This document shows, piece by piece, positions 8,289 to 18,715 of a stretch of 61,395 nucleotides of DNA. The first letter of the stretch is position 1. Every line of letters starts with the position of its first letter. This stretch comes from a virus (lineage: Duplodnaviria; Caudoviricetes). The translations under genes were made by a program, and so were the position numbers. Location of the stretch: the IMG/VR virus record IMGVR_UViG_3300020045_019627, positions 1-61,395 of that record; one strand, written 5' to 3'. The notes under the pieces were generated by a model. The model was not told the origin of the DNA. It saw only the letters and a list, made by a program, of their open reading frames with translations, and made no database searches.

Positions 8289-8578
8289 GATCGTTTCACC
8301 ACCTTACTCATAGAGACATAACCTAATACTCCGATGAACAGTACAATTAATGCGAGCAATAAGACATCATAAGCATAACCTATGACCATTAAACAAAAAG
8401 CGATAATAAGTGTAATGGTGACTTCTATAGGAGCACGATGTTGTAAGCTAAGATAAGCAATGACTGTGATACCAACAAAGAGTGCTAGTATAACACTACC
8501 AAATAACTCATTAAATATGATGTTGCCTAAGTCTAGATAGTTTTGTGGTGTGATCATGGATTCACCCCACGCCACCAT
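8285..8578 (-). CDS. Three-TM membrane protein (virion/assembly)
   Basis: Hydrophobic helices; follows the adhesin cluster. Confidence 0.75.
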   Translation of the reverse strand: MVAWGESMITPQNYLDLGNIIFNELFGSVILALFVGITVIAYLSLQHRAPIEVTITLIIAFCLMVIGYAYDVLLLALIVLFIGVLGYVSMSKVVKRS

Positions 8579-8976
8579 TCAAGAACGCTAACAAAATACA
8601 TGATGAGCAGCGGCCCGAAGATAAGAACTGCAATCACGCCACCAATAGCGCTAGTGGCATTAATAGTTTGGTAAATGCTTAAGAAGTCCCATCCGAAGCC
8701 AAAGAAGATGGTAGCAATAGGGCCAAGTATCCAGAAGTCACTATTAACGCTACGACTCAAGAAGACGCTCACGACTTGACCGACCATTGCTAAGAGTCCG
8801 AGCACCCCGAAAACTGATAGCCATAGTGGGGTCGTTTTGAAATTTGTAGGATTAAGTGCTAGCGTTAATAGTGCACTATTTGGCGTGTTCTGGAGTAGCC
8901 CGGTGAAATAAAATAATAGTGTCACACCACTCATCATTCCTAACCAAGTAATCATCTTGCTCATGTGACATTCCAC
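8554..8976 (-). CDS. Multi-TM membrane protein (virion/assembly)
   Basis: About four hydrophobic helices. Confidence 0.75.
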   Translation of the reverse strand: MECHMSKMITWLGMMSGVTLLFYFTGLLQNTPNSALLTLALNPTNFKTTPLWLSVFGVLGLLAMVGQVVSVFLSRSVNSDFWILGPIATIFFGFGWDFLSIYQTINATSAIGGVIAVLIFGPLLIMYFVSVLEWWRGVNP

Positions 8977-11636
8977 CTACGATATACTGTGATAATAGTG
9001 ATTGTTCCTACAAGAAGGCTGACGATATACATTTGTATTACTTCTGGCGCACCAGTCATAGTAGTGATCCGTAAGAATCCTAAATAACTTACGATCAGTG
9101 TAAGACCAAGGACCAGTATGAGAGCGTTTTCTGGCGAGCTGAGAGCATCGAACTTGCTTGTTGCTCCTAAAGTAATCACTGCGATGAAGATGAACGCGAG
9201 GAATAATCTGCTGAAATCATTAAACCCGCTACTGTTGAAGCTTCTGACATCTTGAACCCAGTTATACAGGCTATAATCAGAATCATAAGCGTTGCTGATG
9301 GGATAGCTCCAATTATATGTGTTGATGAACGTATCTGTTGTTATCGTACCAGAAGCAATGATAGTACCGTTTTGCGGGAGATTTATTGTGATAGTTGGTC
9401 CAGTACTGGTTGTGCAAAATGTTGAGTTCGACCCGAGGATAACTCCATTTGTCAAATTAGTAAGCACGAGAGAACAACTCGTGATATTCCAGTAAGAACT
9501 TGTAATATTAAAACCAAACGTTACTATCGTCCCATTAGTAACTGCTGATTGCGGAGTGAAATAATACAATACCCCCGTCTGTTGTGTCACGGCATCAGTA
9601 TTATTAGCAAATAAACCAAACGTCCGATACCATAAGCCATCAGCCTGTATGAGTAAGAGTTCTGGCGTCGTAGTGTTAAACCGTGTAATATCATTAACCA
9701 CTACTTCCCACGTATAGAATCCAGTAACCGCTTCAGCAGTCATTGTAGCACTACCATCAGTCCCGGTAGTGGCCATTTCAACAACATTAGGAATACTACT
9801 ATTACCATAAGATCGTTTAAGTTTGATAATCGCTCCTATGACAAGACTGGTATCAAAGTTTCTGATCTCAACAATACCAGGAGTATACAAGGTACTAGGG
9901 ATCATGTACAACGACAGGTTTTGTGTAGCGAACCCCAAAGTGAAATAGTATTCTCTACTACTATAACCGCTAGCACTATAACGGATTGTATAATCACCAG
10001 CGGGTAATGTACCAACAATATTGCTCTGACCATTCGTAGTATTATAATTGGTTTCTGTGTTGTTAGCATCAACAATCGTAAACTGAATGTTTGTTCCTGT
10101 GATTATTGTTCTGTTCTGTTCATCAAGAAATAATAGTCCAACAGTGAGTGCTTGAAGTGTACCATTATATGAGTCATTAGCTCCAAGAATTAATCGATTG
10201 GTCGCGTTAGAACGATAGCTGCTCTTCGTGATATTAATAGAATAATTATACCCTCGTAACAACGGCAATACAACGCTGTTATTACTTCCTGACCCAGTAG
10301 TATACAGTGTCCCGCCAAGTGTAGAATTAAAAACCTGAACTGTGAAATCATTGAGCGAGGTGATGCCATCGTTCGCGCCAACAGTTAAGCGCGTGTCATA
10401 TATTCCTGTTGCGTTACAATTAACCGTTTGTAATGGTCCTGGAACAGTGCAAGTAATATTAACTGAGTAATTACCAGCGACCTGAATTGTGATAGTGTTT
10501 GAACCAGTTAAAGCTTTAATGATAAGCTGGCCAGTACTTGTCGTGTTTGTTGTCCCATTGTTACTAGCGTTAAAGCTACTGATGGTGGTGTTGAGAAAGA
10601 GGCGTAATGCTTGGAGATTAATAACTGCTTGGTGTGCACTTTGACTGATTGATACTGGAGTAGTAATTATTTGTGTTACTGAAGTGTTAAAGAACGTGCT
10701 TGTACCACTACCCCCTGTGCAGTTACTTCCCGTTCCATTACCAGTATATGCTACACAGAACCCAGTATCTGTGATGTTAAAATAGGTAAAGGTGAGATTG
10801 CCATAGATATTCCAGAACGATAATGTTCCAATAGTGGCGTTCGTAATATTATTTATTAGTGTAAAATTGTTAGATGGTAGTCTAGTATCGTAGACATAGT
10901 TGCAGCTTACTCCCGTTGTACTATTGTAAAGAAAGCTGATATCTGCTGGTGTGAGTGCTGCATTGAAGATCATTACTTCATCGATTGCACCGTCAAATTC
11001 TCCGAAGCTAGCATTGTTAATGTATTGTCCTATCCAGTAAGTGTTGCTGCTTCTATTGAGCGGTAGTGTTTGTATCCTGCTAAATCGTTGTGTACCATTG
11101 AAGTAAGTAGTTATATTGCGATTGCTATGATTATAAGTAACGGCGCTATGATACCAAACAGCAGTAGTAGTGTTGACTCCAATAATTGTGTCACTCCCAC
11201 CGCCATCTGCAAAAGTAATGGGATTATTCAAACCTGAAACGCCAACATAAAGCATTGCTGCACTATCAGCTTGTACACTGCCAAGACTGCTATAGAACTG
11301 ATTTGCTCCCGCATCAACAGAGTCAAGAAGATGCCAAGTTACAATGGTAAAGTCTGTATCACCAATCGGTATCTGGCTTTGGTTAGCAACATAACGGAAG
11401 TTTGTGTTATCATCGTTTGGGGCATCGTAAGCATTCGCTCCTACTTTTCCCGCTCTAACGCCTGGCGATCCCGCGCTAGTAAAGTCAAAGTTTCCTACTA
11501 CAGTGTTCTGGTTAGCGACTGCTTCGTCAGCACTATAACACATAATGAGGTTATCACCTAGTGCTGCAGCAATACTTCCTTGAATCGTAAATAAGAATAA
11601 TAATGCACTAATAACGATTAGGAAATACTTTTTCAT
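8961..11636 (-). CDS. Secreted LamG-domain adhesin with C-terminal TM helices (VP4-like receptor-binding protein)
   Basis: Signal peptide; LamG motifs WYHSAVTY and FDGAIDEVMIFNAALT; many sequons; three C-terminal TMs. Confidence 0.8.
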   Translation of the reverse strand: MKKYFLIVISALLFLFTIQGSIAAALGDNLIMCYSADEAVANQNTVVGNFDFTSAGSPGVRAGKVGANAYDAPNDDNTNFRYVANQSQIPIGDTDFTIVTWHLLDSVDAGANQFYSSLGSVQADSAAMLYVGVSGLNNPITFADGGGSDTIIGVNTTTAVWYHSAVTYNHSNRNITTYFNGTQRFSRIQTLPLNRSSNTYWIGQYINNASFGEFDGAIDEVMIFNAALTPADISFLYNSTTGVSCNYVYDTRLPSNNFTLINNITNATIGTLSFWNIYGNLTFTYFNITDTGFCVAYTGNGTGSNCTGGSGTSTFFNTSVTQIITTPVSISQSAHQAVINLQALRLFLNTTISSFNASNNGTTNTTSTGQLIIKALTGSNTITIQVAGNYSVNITCTVPGPLQTVNCNATGIYDTRLTVGANDGITSLNDFTVQVFNSTLGGTLYTTGSGSNNSVVLPLLRGYNYSINITKSSYRSNATNRLILGANDSYNGTLQALTVGLLFLDEQNRTIITGTNIQFTIVDANNTETNYNTTNGQSNIVGTLPAGDYTIRYSASGYSSREYYFTLGFATQNLSLYMIPSTLYTPGIVEIRNFDTSLVIGAIIKLKRSYGNSSIPNVVEMATTGTDGSATMTAEAVTGFYTWEVVVNDITRFNTTTPELLLIQADGLWYRTFGLFANNTDAVTQQTGVLYYFTPQSAVTNGTIVTFGFNITSSYWNITSCSLVLTNLTNGVILGSNSTFCTTSTGPTITINLPQNGTIIASGTITTDTFINTYNWSYPISNAYDSDYSLYNWVQDVRSFNSSGFNDFSRLFLAFIFIAVITLGATSKFDALSSPENALILVLGLTLIVSYLGFLRITTMTGAPEVIQMYIVSLLVGTITIITVYRRWNVT

Positions 11637-11995
11637 CGCAGTTGTTCTCCTTGTCGGTCAGCGCACTGTTCGTTGTGTTCGTAATTGTATCTGTTGAGTC
11701 TTTGTTCTTCACAGATTAAGTGTCCTAGTTCGTGTTTAAGAATAGTAATATAATTCTCTCGTTGCCAGGTTTGTTGGTAAATACTGATACGTCGTGGTTT
11801 GTACCAAGCATAAGCATCATAATACTTATGATTATAAGGCTGAAGATCAATACGATACACGATTTGTTCTATGTTGTTATTAATAATGATAGTCCTGGCA
11901 GTCGTTCTTGCTTCTGGAGTACCACCAGTAATGATTGTCGCATGTACTGGGTTAGTCAGTAATAGTCCTACTGCTAAGATCATTAGTAGTCTCAT
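11633..11995 (-). CDS. Secreted zincin-like metallopeptidase
   Basis: Signal peptide; ILKHELGH and downstream EQCAD. Confidence 0.7.
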   Translation of the reverse strand: MRLLMILAVGLLLTNPVHATIITGGTPEARTTARTIIINNNIEQIVYRIDLQPYNHKYYDAYAWYKPRRISIYQQTWQRENYITILKHELGHLICEEQRLNRYNYEHNEQCADRQGEQLR

Positions 11996-12258
11996 TGTTG
12001 TTCCGGCAGAGCTCTAATGCCAAAGTACGCGAAAGCAACAGCAAGACAAGCGAGAAGGAATCCCGGTAGGAAACTATCGACGACGATACAGCTCATTTTG
12101 TCACCGGTGCTAATGCTAGTGTTGTTGCAGTCAAGATGGTTAACGTCTCTTCCAATGCCAGTAACATCTTTTAATGGCTCAATAAGAACCACAGCGGTAA
12201 TGAATACTAGAAAAGCCATCATAATACCATACATGATAAGAGTACCTCGTCGATTCAT
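11992..12258 (-). CDS. Two-helix membrane protein with pilin-like leader; candidate second capsid protein
   Basis: MNRRG leader, two hydrophobic helices and a Cys pair in the loop. Confidence 0.55.
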   Translation of the reverse strand: MNRRGTLIMYGIMMAFLVFITAVVLIEPLKDVTGIGRDVNHLDCNNTSISTGDKMSCIVVDSFLPGFLLACLAVAFAYFGIRALPEQQ

Positions 12259-12596
12259 GGCGAGCCTCCACGACCAAAAAATCTTGTTTTTACTTCGCAT
12301 AAGGTCATTCGTTTAGGATTAATAATTGGTTCTGGTAGAGGGTATTCTTTTTTTCCAGGATTGAGTTGTTGCTTCAGACGTTTTTTAGAATACTTGTTTG
12401 TTCGTTGAAGAATCTTTTGAATTCTAATAACCGGTGTAAATCTCAGGTTATATCTTCTACCTGATAGTTTCTTTTGTTCTGCGTTTTTATTTAGTTCTTC
12501 TCTCAGTGCAAGTTTAATATTTTGTCTTTCTGCATCGCTTTGCGGTATTATCTTTTTCAATGCTGAGTAATAATCAGATTGTTTTTTTATCGCCAT
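12255..12596 (-). CDS. Basic hypothetical protein
   Basis: ORF track; K/R-rich. Confidence 0.65.
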   Translation of the reverse strand: MAIKKQSDYYSALKKIIPQSDAERQNIKLALREELNKNAEQKKLSGRRYNLRFTPVIRIQKILQRTNKYSKKRLKQQLNPGKKEYPLPEPIINPKRMTLCEVKTRFFGRGGSP

Positions 12597-15500
12597 AAAA
12601 ATCTCCCTCCTTTGTTCTTTGAAGCGGTTAGCTCTGTTCTCTCTGCGCGAGTAACCAAACGTTGTCCGCGACGCTGAATGAACTCATCCTTTAACGGTAT
12701 TCGCTTACCAGCCTGTATCTTATACGAGCGAAAAACTTTATCATTGATTCGCGCATCAATATCGCTAACAGTAGTCCTACCACTCGGCAAGAGCTTAAAT
12801 CTCGCGCCAAGACCGCCAAGCGCCGCTGTTTGACCAGCGAGGAGGGCGCGACCACGAGGAAGATTACTAGCGACTCGTAAGAACTTCTTACGACGCTTCA
12901 AGAAGACATCAAACCCTTCAGCATCTAATAATTTCCTTCTTTTTTGATCGATAGTGATACTATCTTGTGTCTGGGGTTTTTGAGTAATGCTGCGTTGTAA
13001 AATATATTGAATATTCTTCGTAGAAGTAATGCTGCGTTGTAAAATATTTTGAATATTCTTTTGAACACTCGATTGAATATTATTCTGAACATTTTGCTGA
13101 ATATTACTCTGAATGTTTTTTTGAATGTTAAATTGATTCTGCCGAGTAACACTACTACTATTCTGGACGCTTCTCATGCTCGTGCGCTGGTCATTAAGAA
13201 GGTTTGATTGTGGAACAAAAACATTCTTAGTACTAATAACATTATTAGTAGAATATTGTAACCCCGTTCTTGTAGCAAAAGATGGTTCCGTTCTTGTAGC
13301 AGAAGATGGTTCTTCAGCAAAGGAACGACCAGTATTAAAAAACGATGGATAATACCTTGTTACAGGAGTACGGAACGTTCTCACTCCAACAACAACCCTC
13401 TCGCCAGGCTTCACTGTAGTATACTCATAACCACTCAAATCAATATTAGGAGTCTGATCAGTAATAGACTTCTGACTCTGAAAAACTTGTCGGAGTCCAA
13501 CATTATCCTGAAACGCAGTACTACCACCGATTGGACTAGTAGGCTTCAGACTCTCCGATGTCTCTTTTCTAATCTGAGAACGCGGGGTCTGTTTTCGATT
13601 CTCTGCTTTTCTTGGCGACAAGAACTTTCTTTCAGATTTAATAATAAAATACTCTCTAGGAGCTCTCAAACTAAAGATAGGAGTCTTCTTCTTATTCTTT
13701 AATGTAAAGCTAATTAAATTCTTAGGCACTTTCACAGCAATAATATATTGCTTTGTAAGATCGCTAGTTCCTCCACCATACTTTGTTGTATCAATAATTT
13801 TCTTTGGTATTTTACCACTTGCATCAATAGAAGAAAGCTTAGTATCCCTAGGACGATAGATACCGGTAACAATACTACCACTGCCTTCTTTACTGAAAAC
13901 AAAACTCTTGACTGGTGTCTTTGATCGGTCAAGATTTTCTGTCACATCAGTAAATGTTTGTAAAGTCTTCTTATTGTACTGACGATTAGCAACGAGTGCT
14001 TTATTCATGTTGAATGATAATTCTTTTGACAAAAGAATATCTTTTTTTATTGGTGTGAATATGTCTAGCTCATAGCTTGGCTTGGTAATGGTTATATCAC
14101 TGAACGGTTTTTCTCCTCGGGGGAAGTCAAACTTTATTCTGCTTGCAGCACTGCGTATGACAAAGAGATCTTCAATCACCGGTTCGGGTATTCTCTTTGA
14201 TGGCTTCACCGGCTCAGTGGTTCTCACCAGACTCCGAAATGATACTGCGCGATCAGCACTTAGTGCACCATACTTCTCATCGGGAACACTCAACGATTTC
14301 TTGTTGCTTACAATAACACGCCCACGATTATCAACCACCGGATTATAATAATCATCAAGACCTTTAGCAATACTATCAGAAATAACATCTATCTTTACTA
14401 ACCTAACTTTTGTTTGAGAAGTTACTGGACTACCAAAGATTTTCTGTGGCTTACCAAACAATGTTTTTACATCATAAATCTTTTTCTCACTAATAATTCG
14501 CGGACTAGGTAATAGACCACCAAGCTCTCCATCAAGCTCTGGTACTTCACCATATCCCATACCAGTATTCTGAAACTGCTTTGTACCAGCACTACCGATA
14601 GTAAACTCTTGCGGGCCTAATGGATTAATTGTCTTAGCGTCTTCAGGTAACACTCTTGGGGTGAACTTGTCAAAGAACAACCCACCACTAATACCACGAG
14701 ATCCTATCTGTTCATTACGTTGAAAGAGATTATCAACAACGCTCTGTTGTGCACCAAGAAGATCTTGCTTTTTCAAGTATGCTGCGGGACTAAGTTCTTG
14801 TAATTTAACATTTCTATTTTGTTGTATAGGTTTGAAAAAAGGAAAAGTTGTTGGTGCACTAAGTCTTGGTATATCCGTAAATGGAAAACCGTACTGCGGT
14901 TGGGCACGACTCTGTGGCACACTCGTAACAACTTTGGTCTGTTGTGGTGTAAAGATCTTTTGATCTGGGGGGGTAAGGTAGAAATCTCTTGGTGCATTGA
15001 AAGGAGTGTACTTGGCATAATCTAGATTCTTGATGATCACTGTTGCAGGAGTAATACTTACTTGCTGTATTGTTCGCGGCGAAAGAAGATTGTACTCTGT
15101 TTTTCCTGGTTGCTTAAACAAGTTCCTCATTGTAACAACGGTTCCTATGCTACCTCCTCCTTCGGCTGGCTTCGCAACATCAACAATCTTACCAAAACCA
15201 CTACCAAACGGCTCGGCAATAGTGCTCTGACTATTAAGCTGTATATTCAAGAAGCTTGGTTCTGCACTCCGTTCCATTTCGTACCTCGCGCGATTACCAA
15301 TAAGAGGATATGGTTTTCCTTCTTTAGCAATAATACTTTCTTGAAACGTGGCAATACCACCACCACGAAGCTTTTGGACATTACCACCCTTCACAAAGAA
15401 TTCAAGAGCTCCATCAGCAGGGCTAAGATACTTACCAACAAGATCCATTTTAACACCAGCAAACTCTTGAGGAACAACCATCGTCTTGCCAGGCAATACT

Positions 15501-16888
15501 TTCCCAATCGCATAACCACCGATAAGCTTGCCTACACCGCGAGGGTTTTGCAATGCGTTTCCAATACCAGCAACAGTGCTTACTGTAAACTCAGGCAGGC
15601 TGGTACCCAAGTGTACTGTTCTCTCAAAATTCTCATTACTCTGTCCACGAAAGAGATTTTCTACTCTCGCAGCTCCTTCACCAATAAGTGCTTGACCGCC
15701 ACCAATACCAAGAACAGTTGTGTCACTAGCAAAGGACAGGATTCCAGCACCAACGTTTGCACCCAACGCAAGACCGGTCTCTACGGCTTTAGCATAGTTC
15801 TTATTAGAAAGATATGTCTTCTCCTCAAAAAGAAGTTGTTTGAAACTTTTATCCGGTAAACTAAATGCATAAGAATAAGAATCATTGGTTGTTTTTAATC
15901 CTTTTCCTATTCTTTCTCTGGCATCTTCGATAATTTTTTGTCCAAACGGTACGACGCTAACTTTTTTTGTATACCCAAAATTAGTAATAGACCTAATTCC
16001 ACTATCTTGCCCGAATTTTATGGCATCTTCGATAATTTTTTGTCCAAGCGGTCCGACGCTAACTTCTTTCGGTGACGTACCCAGAGTATACCCAAAGTTA
16101 TTAGTAGAACTAATCCCACTACCTTGCCCAAATCCCTTGGTGAATCCATCATTGAGCTGATATGGTCCCACTTCTTTATATGTTTTTGTTTCTGAAATAG
16201 ATAACGGAGTAGCAAGCCTCGGTAAGTATTCTCTGGGGGTGTTGCCGTATTGTCCTTTGACTGTTTTTATTCCTCCGCTTGCGGTTCCTACTCCTGATTG
16301 TACTAATACAAGACTTCCTTGTTGTATTCCTTGTTTGCTACCAGTAATGCTGGGATTGCCAGTATTGTAGATTCCTGATGGGGTGCTCGCTTGGTATACT
16401 CCTCTGTTGGAGTAATAGCCGACAGTTGGTCCACTTTTTGTTCCTGTGGTGGTAGTAATTCCTCCTCCGGTTAGGCTTGTTGGACTGGAGTATCTGATAC
16501 CAGCATCGGGGTTTGGTGGTGGACTACTCAGGTAGGTGCGGGAGTCTTTTGGTGCTGTTTGTTTCGCACTATCATATTGACTGCCTAGTCGTTGTTGTAT
16601 CTGGTCTAGTTCTCGTAGTTCACTATCAAGTTCTTGCTGTAATGTTGGAATGCTGGCGAGGTTCTTTCCTGTTTCTAGACGATAAGCGATCTTTGATTGT
16701 AATGCACCAATGTTTTTTTCTTTGATATTAATACCGCTGCCGATCTTGCGTAGTTCTTGTTGTCCGTAATTAATTGTTGGCGCACTCGGAGATGGTGCTG
16801 ATTGTCCGCTCATAGTAGTTGTGGTGAACATCTCCTTTAGTTGTTGTGGGTTCCGTTGAAGTAGACGTCGTTGTTGTTGTGTTACCAT
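12587..16888 (-). CDS. Very large (1433 aa) low-complexity basic protein of unknown function
   Basis: Long ORF; internal repeats, Q/N-rich tract and R/K-rich C-terminal domain. Confidence 0.85.
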   Translation of the reverse strand: MVTQQQRRLLQRNPQQLKEMFTTTTMSGQSAPSPSAPTINYGQQELRKIGSGINIKEKNIGALQSKIAYRLETGKNLASIPTLQQELDSELRELDQIQQRLGSQYDSAKQTAPKDSRTYLSSPPPNPDAGIRYSSPTSLTGGGITTTTGTKSGPTVGYYSNRGVYQASTPSGIYNTGNPSITGSKQGIQQGSLVLVQSGVGTASGGIKTVKGQYGNTPREYLPRLATPLSISETKTYKEVGPYQLNDGFTKGFGQGSGISSTNNFGYTLGTSPKEVSVGPLGQKIIEDAIKFGQDSGIRSITNFGYTKKVSVVPFGQKIIEDARERIGKGLKTTNDSYSYAFSLPDKSFKQLLFEEKTYLSNKNYAKAVETGLALGANVGAGILSFASDTTVLGIGGGQALIGEGAARVENLFRGQSNENFERTVHLGTSLPEFTVSTVAGIGNALQNPRGVGKLIGGYAIGKVLPGKTMVVPQEFAGVKMDLVGKYLSPADGALEFFVKGGNVQKLRGGGIATFQESIIAKEGKPYPLIGNRARYEMERSAEPSFLNIQLNSQSTIAEPFGSGFGKIVDVAKPAEGGGSIGTVVTMRNLFKQPGKTEYNLLSPRTIQQVSITPATVIIKNLDYAKYTPFNAPRDFYLTPPDQKIFTPQQTKVVTSVPQSRAQPQYGFPFTDIPRLSAPTTFPFFKPIQQNRNVKLQELSPAAYLKKQDLLGAQQSVVDNLFQRNEQIGSRGISGGLFFDKFTPRVLPEDAKTINPLGPQEFTIGSAGTKQFQNTGMGYGEVPELDGELGGLLPSPRIISEKKIYDVKTLFGKPQKIFGSPVTSQTKVRLVKIDVISDSIAKGLDDYYNPVVDNRGRVIVSNKKSLSVPDEKYGALSADRAVSFRSLVRTTEPVKPSKRIPEPVIEDLFVIRSAASRIKFDFPRGEKPFSDITITKPSYELDIFTPIKKDILLSKELSFNMNKALVANRQYNKKTLQTFTDVTENLDRSKTPVKSFVFSKEGSGSIVTGIYRPRDTKLSSIDASGKIPKKIIDTTKYGGGTSDLTKQYIIAVKVPKNLISFTLKNKKKTPIFSLRAPREYFIIKSERKFLSPRKAENRKQTPRSQIRKETSESLKPTSPIGGSTAFQDNVGLRQVFQSQKSITDQTPNIDLSGYEYTTVKPGERVVVGVRTFRTPVTRYYPSFFNTGRSFAEEPSSATRTEPSFATRTGLQYSTNNVISTKNVFVPQSNLLNDQRTSMRSVQNSSSVTRQNQFNIQKNIQSNIQQNVQNNIQSSVQKNIQNILQRSITSTKNIQYILQRSITQKPQTQDSITIDQKRRKLLDAEGFDVFLKRRKKFLRVASNLPRGRALLAGQTAALGGLGARFKLLPSGRTTVSDIDARINDKVFRSYKIQAGKRIPLKDEFIQRRGQRLVTRAERTELTASKNKGGRFLWR

Positions 16889-17016
16889 TGGAAATCAGAC
16901 TGTTTGATCGTCACGGTTTTCGGAGGGTTTTTTAAGAATGGCATGATCTTTTTTGAGAGGAGGATGCTGCATTGCCCGTTTTTTTTGTTGTAGAATACTT
17001 TAGTGGTGATGTTCAT
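16882..17016 (-). CDS. AbrB-like microprotein (44 aa)
   Basis: Hand-translated TKVFYNKKNGQCSILLSKK. Confidence 0.5.
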   Translation of the reverse strand: MNITTKVFYNKKNGQCSILLSKKIMPFLKNPPKTVTIKQSDFQW

Positions 17017-17082
17017 ACAGTTGTTAGCGCTGTCCTCGGGCGATCTTTTTACTGTAAAACCGATTATATAAAACTATGCTAT

Positions 17083-17331
17083 TCAGATATTAAACTTTTG
17101 CTGCAGAATAGCCAACGCCTGATCAAGATTCTCCCTGCTAGCACGAGGATTCTTCGTATACAACCCGCCCAATAACTTCATTATCTCATCAATACGCTTC
17201 GTATCATGCAACGGGACAACAATCTCAAAAACATAATCCCTACTAGAGTATTGTTCTAAAAAGATAATCTTTAAGAAACGACCCTGCCCAAGATGACGTT
17301 TCTTACGTTTCATACTCTCACCTAACCCCAA
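17083..17331 (-). CDS. Hypothetical protein
   Basis: ORF track; operon position. Confidence 0.6.
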   Translation of the reverse strand: MGLGESMKRKKRHLGQGRFLKIIFLEQYSSRDYVFEIVVPLHDTKRIDEIMKLLGGLYTKNPRASRENLDQALAILQQKFNI

Positions 17332-17900
17332 ATCCTACTAATCAAGTAGATAATAGCTCCTATCACCAACACCCAAATGATCCATGACATGCTCATCTTC
17401 TTTTTTATGCCATCCTTATCTAACTCTGCTTGTTCTATCTGACGAACAATAGTTAACTGTCCATGTTTGTGAATACCGGTTTGTTTTAATGCTTCTTCAC
17501 TTGTCTTACCACCAAGGATTAATGCTTCGTATTCTTCAGCGTCACCACCGCCAGGCAGTAATCGCCAACTGAATAATATGATAATAGGATAACGTTTCTT
17601 CTTTATCTTTAATTGAAAGATCGCCTTTTCTTCATAAGCATAAGCATCACGTTGTCCTGTCGTCTTAATCGTCTTGTCATCAATATACCATAGTCCACTA
17701 CGGGCAAAGGCAGTTTTGAATTCCGCGCTACGATTAGGACTGATCCATAATGCAATAACTTTGGAGGAGTCATTATCGACTATACGGAGTAGTTTTTTTG
17801 GTATACGAAACTTCCAGCCTATATTCTTTTTCTTATTAATCTGTTCTTCAATAGCGTGGATCTTCTTTTCGTTCTCTTCTACTTTGTCAACAATGCTCAT
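17322..17900 (-). CDS. C-terminally membrane-anchored protein
   Basis: C-terminal TM WIIWVLVIGAIIYLI. Confidence 0.8.
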   Translation of the reverse strand: MSIVDKVEENEKKIHAIEEQINKKKNIGWKFRIPKKLLRIVDNDSSKVIALWISPNRSAEFKTAFARSGLWYIDDKTIKTTGQRDAYAYEEKAIFQLKIKKKRYPIIILFSWRLLPGGGDAEEYEALILGGKTSEEALKQTGIHKHGQLTIVRQIEQAELDKDGIKKKMSMSWIIWVLVIGAIIYLISRIWG

Positions 17901-18109
17901 GGTGATCGCTCTCTGAAATTCTTGAATCTAATAATCATACTAACTATAACAGTAAAGAACCCGCAGAGCATTGAAAAGTAAAAGAATGCTCCTTGGGTTG
18001 TTGTCGCAACAGCAAAGTATCCCGCGCTAGCACCAAGAGGCACTAGAACTTCATATAGAACATCTCTCAGACTATCTTTCTTTCTTATTATCAAAGGTAA
18101 TTTTTTCAT
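17897..18109 (-). CDS. Two-TM membrane protein
   Basis: Hydrophobic helices; ATGA overlaps. Confidence 0.7.
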   Translation of the reverse strand: MKKLPLIIRKKDSLRDVLYEVLVPLGASAGYFAVATTTQGAFFYFSMLCGFFTVIVSMIIRFKNFRERSP

Positions 18110-18567
18110 GATTCCACTCCTCCTTCAGTAACCACTTTCTTTTCTCCACCGAAGAGTCCTCGCTCAGTGGTTTTTTTCTGTGGGAGAATAGTCCTATTTT
18201 CTCTTCGTACAGTGAATAGTATCTCCATAAGCTTTGCTTTCCTTCCCAGCCCTACGATAGCAACATTACCTACTTTGCCTTGTAAGTATTCGCTTACAAA
18301 GCTGTAGTTCTCCGCTTCCGCATAGTGCGCCACCTGTAAGTAAGTAAGTACCGGAGCTTTTGGTTTACCAACTTCCTCATCACGAAAGTTAGCAGTCTTA
18401 GAAAGCTTCTTAGCATTTTCTTGAGCAACAACATCACGAACGAACTGCAATAAGCTATCCTTATTCGGTGGCTCAGGATAGTTACCCATCTGTAACGCAT
18501 AATTCTGGGCCGTTGCCTGAATACGTTGGTCGATGTACTCATCAATCTCTGTTGTCTCGTCAACCAT
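18106..18567 (-). CDS. Hypothetical protein
   Basis: ORF track; operon position. Confidence 0.75.
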   Translation of the reverse strand: MVDETTEIDEYIDQRIQATAQNYALQMGNYPEPPNKDSLLQFVRDVVAQENAKKLSKTANFRDEEVGKPKAPVLTYLQVAHYAEAENYSFVSEYLQGKVGNVAIVGLGRKAKLMEILFTVRRENRTILPQKKTTERGLFGGEKKVVTEGGVES

Positions 18568-18573
18568 GATGTT

Positions 18574-18714
18574 TCACAATAAGTCTTTTAGTTGTTCCCA
18601 TAATTGCTTTAGGCTTATGCCTTTCACATGAGTATAGATAGTTATGCCTATAGCCGTAATGATTCCTATACTGAGAATATCCTGAAAGATATTGTCAAAG
18701 AGTAAGGTGGCCAT
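18574..18714 (-). CDS. Small membrane protein (46 aa)
   Basis: Hand-translated MATLLFDNIFQDILSIGIITAIGITIY; fills the operon gap. Confidence 0.6.
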   Translation of the reverse strand: MATLLFDNIFQDILSIGIITAIGITIYTHVKGISLKQLWEQLKDLL

Positions 18715-18715
18715 A

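Noticed and set aside
15062-15859. 265-aa plus-strand ORF and other antisense ORFs such as 27061-27579 and 54718-55200
   Set aside because: Shadows of long genes on the opposite strand with no recognisable motifs
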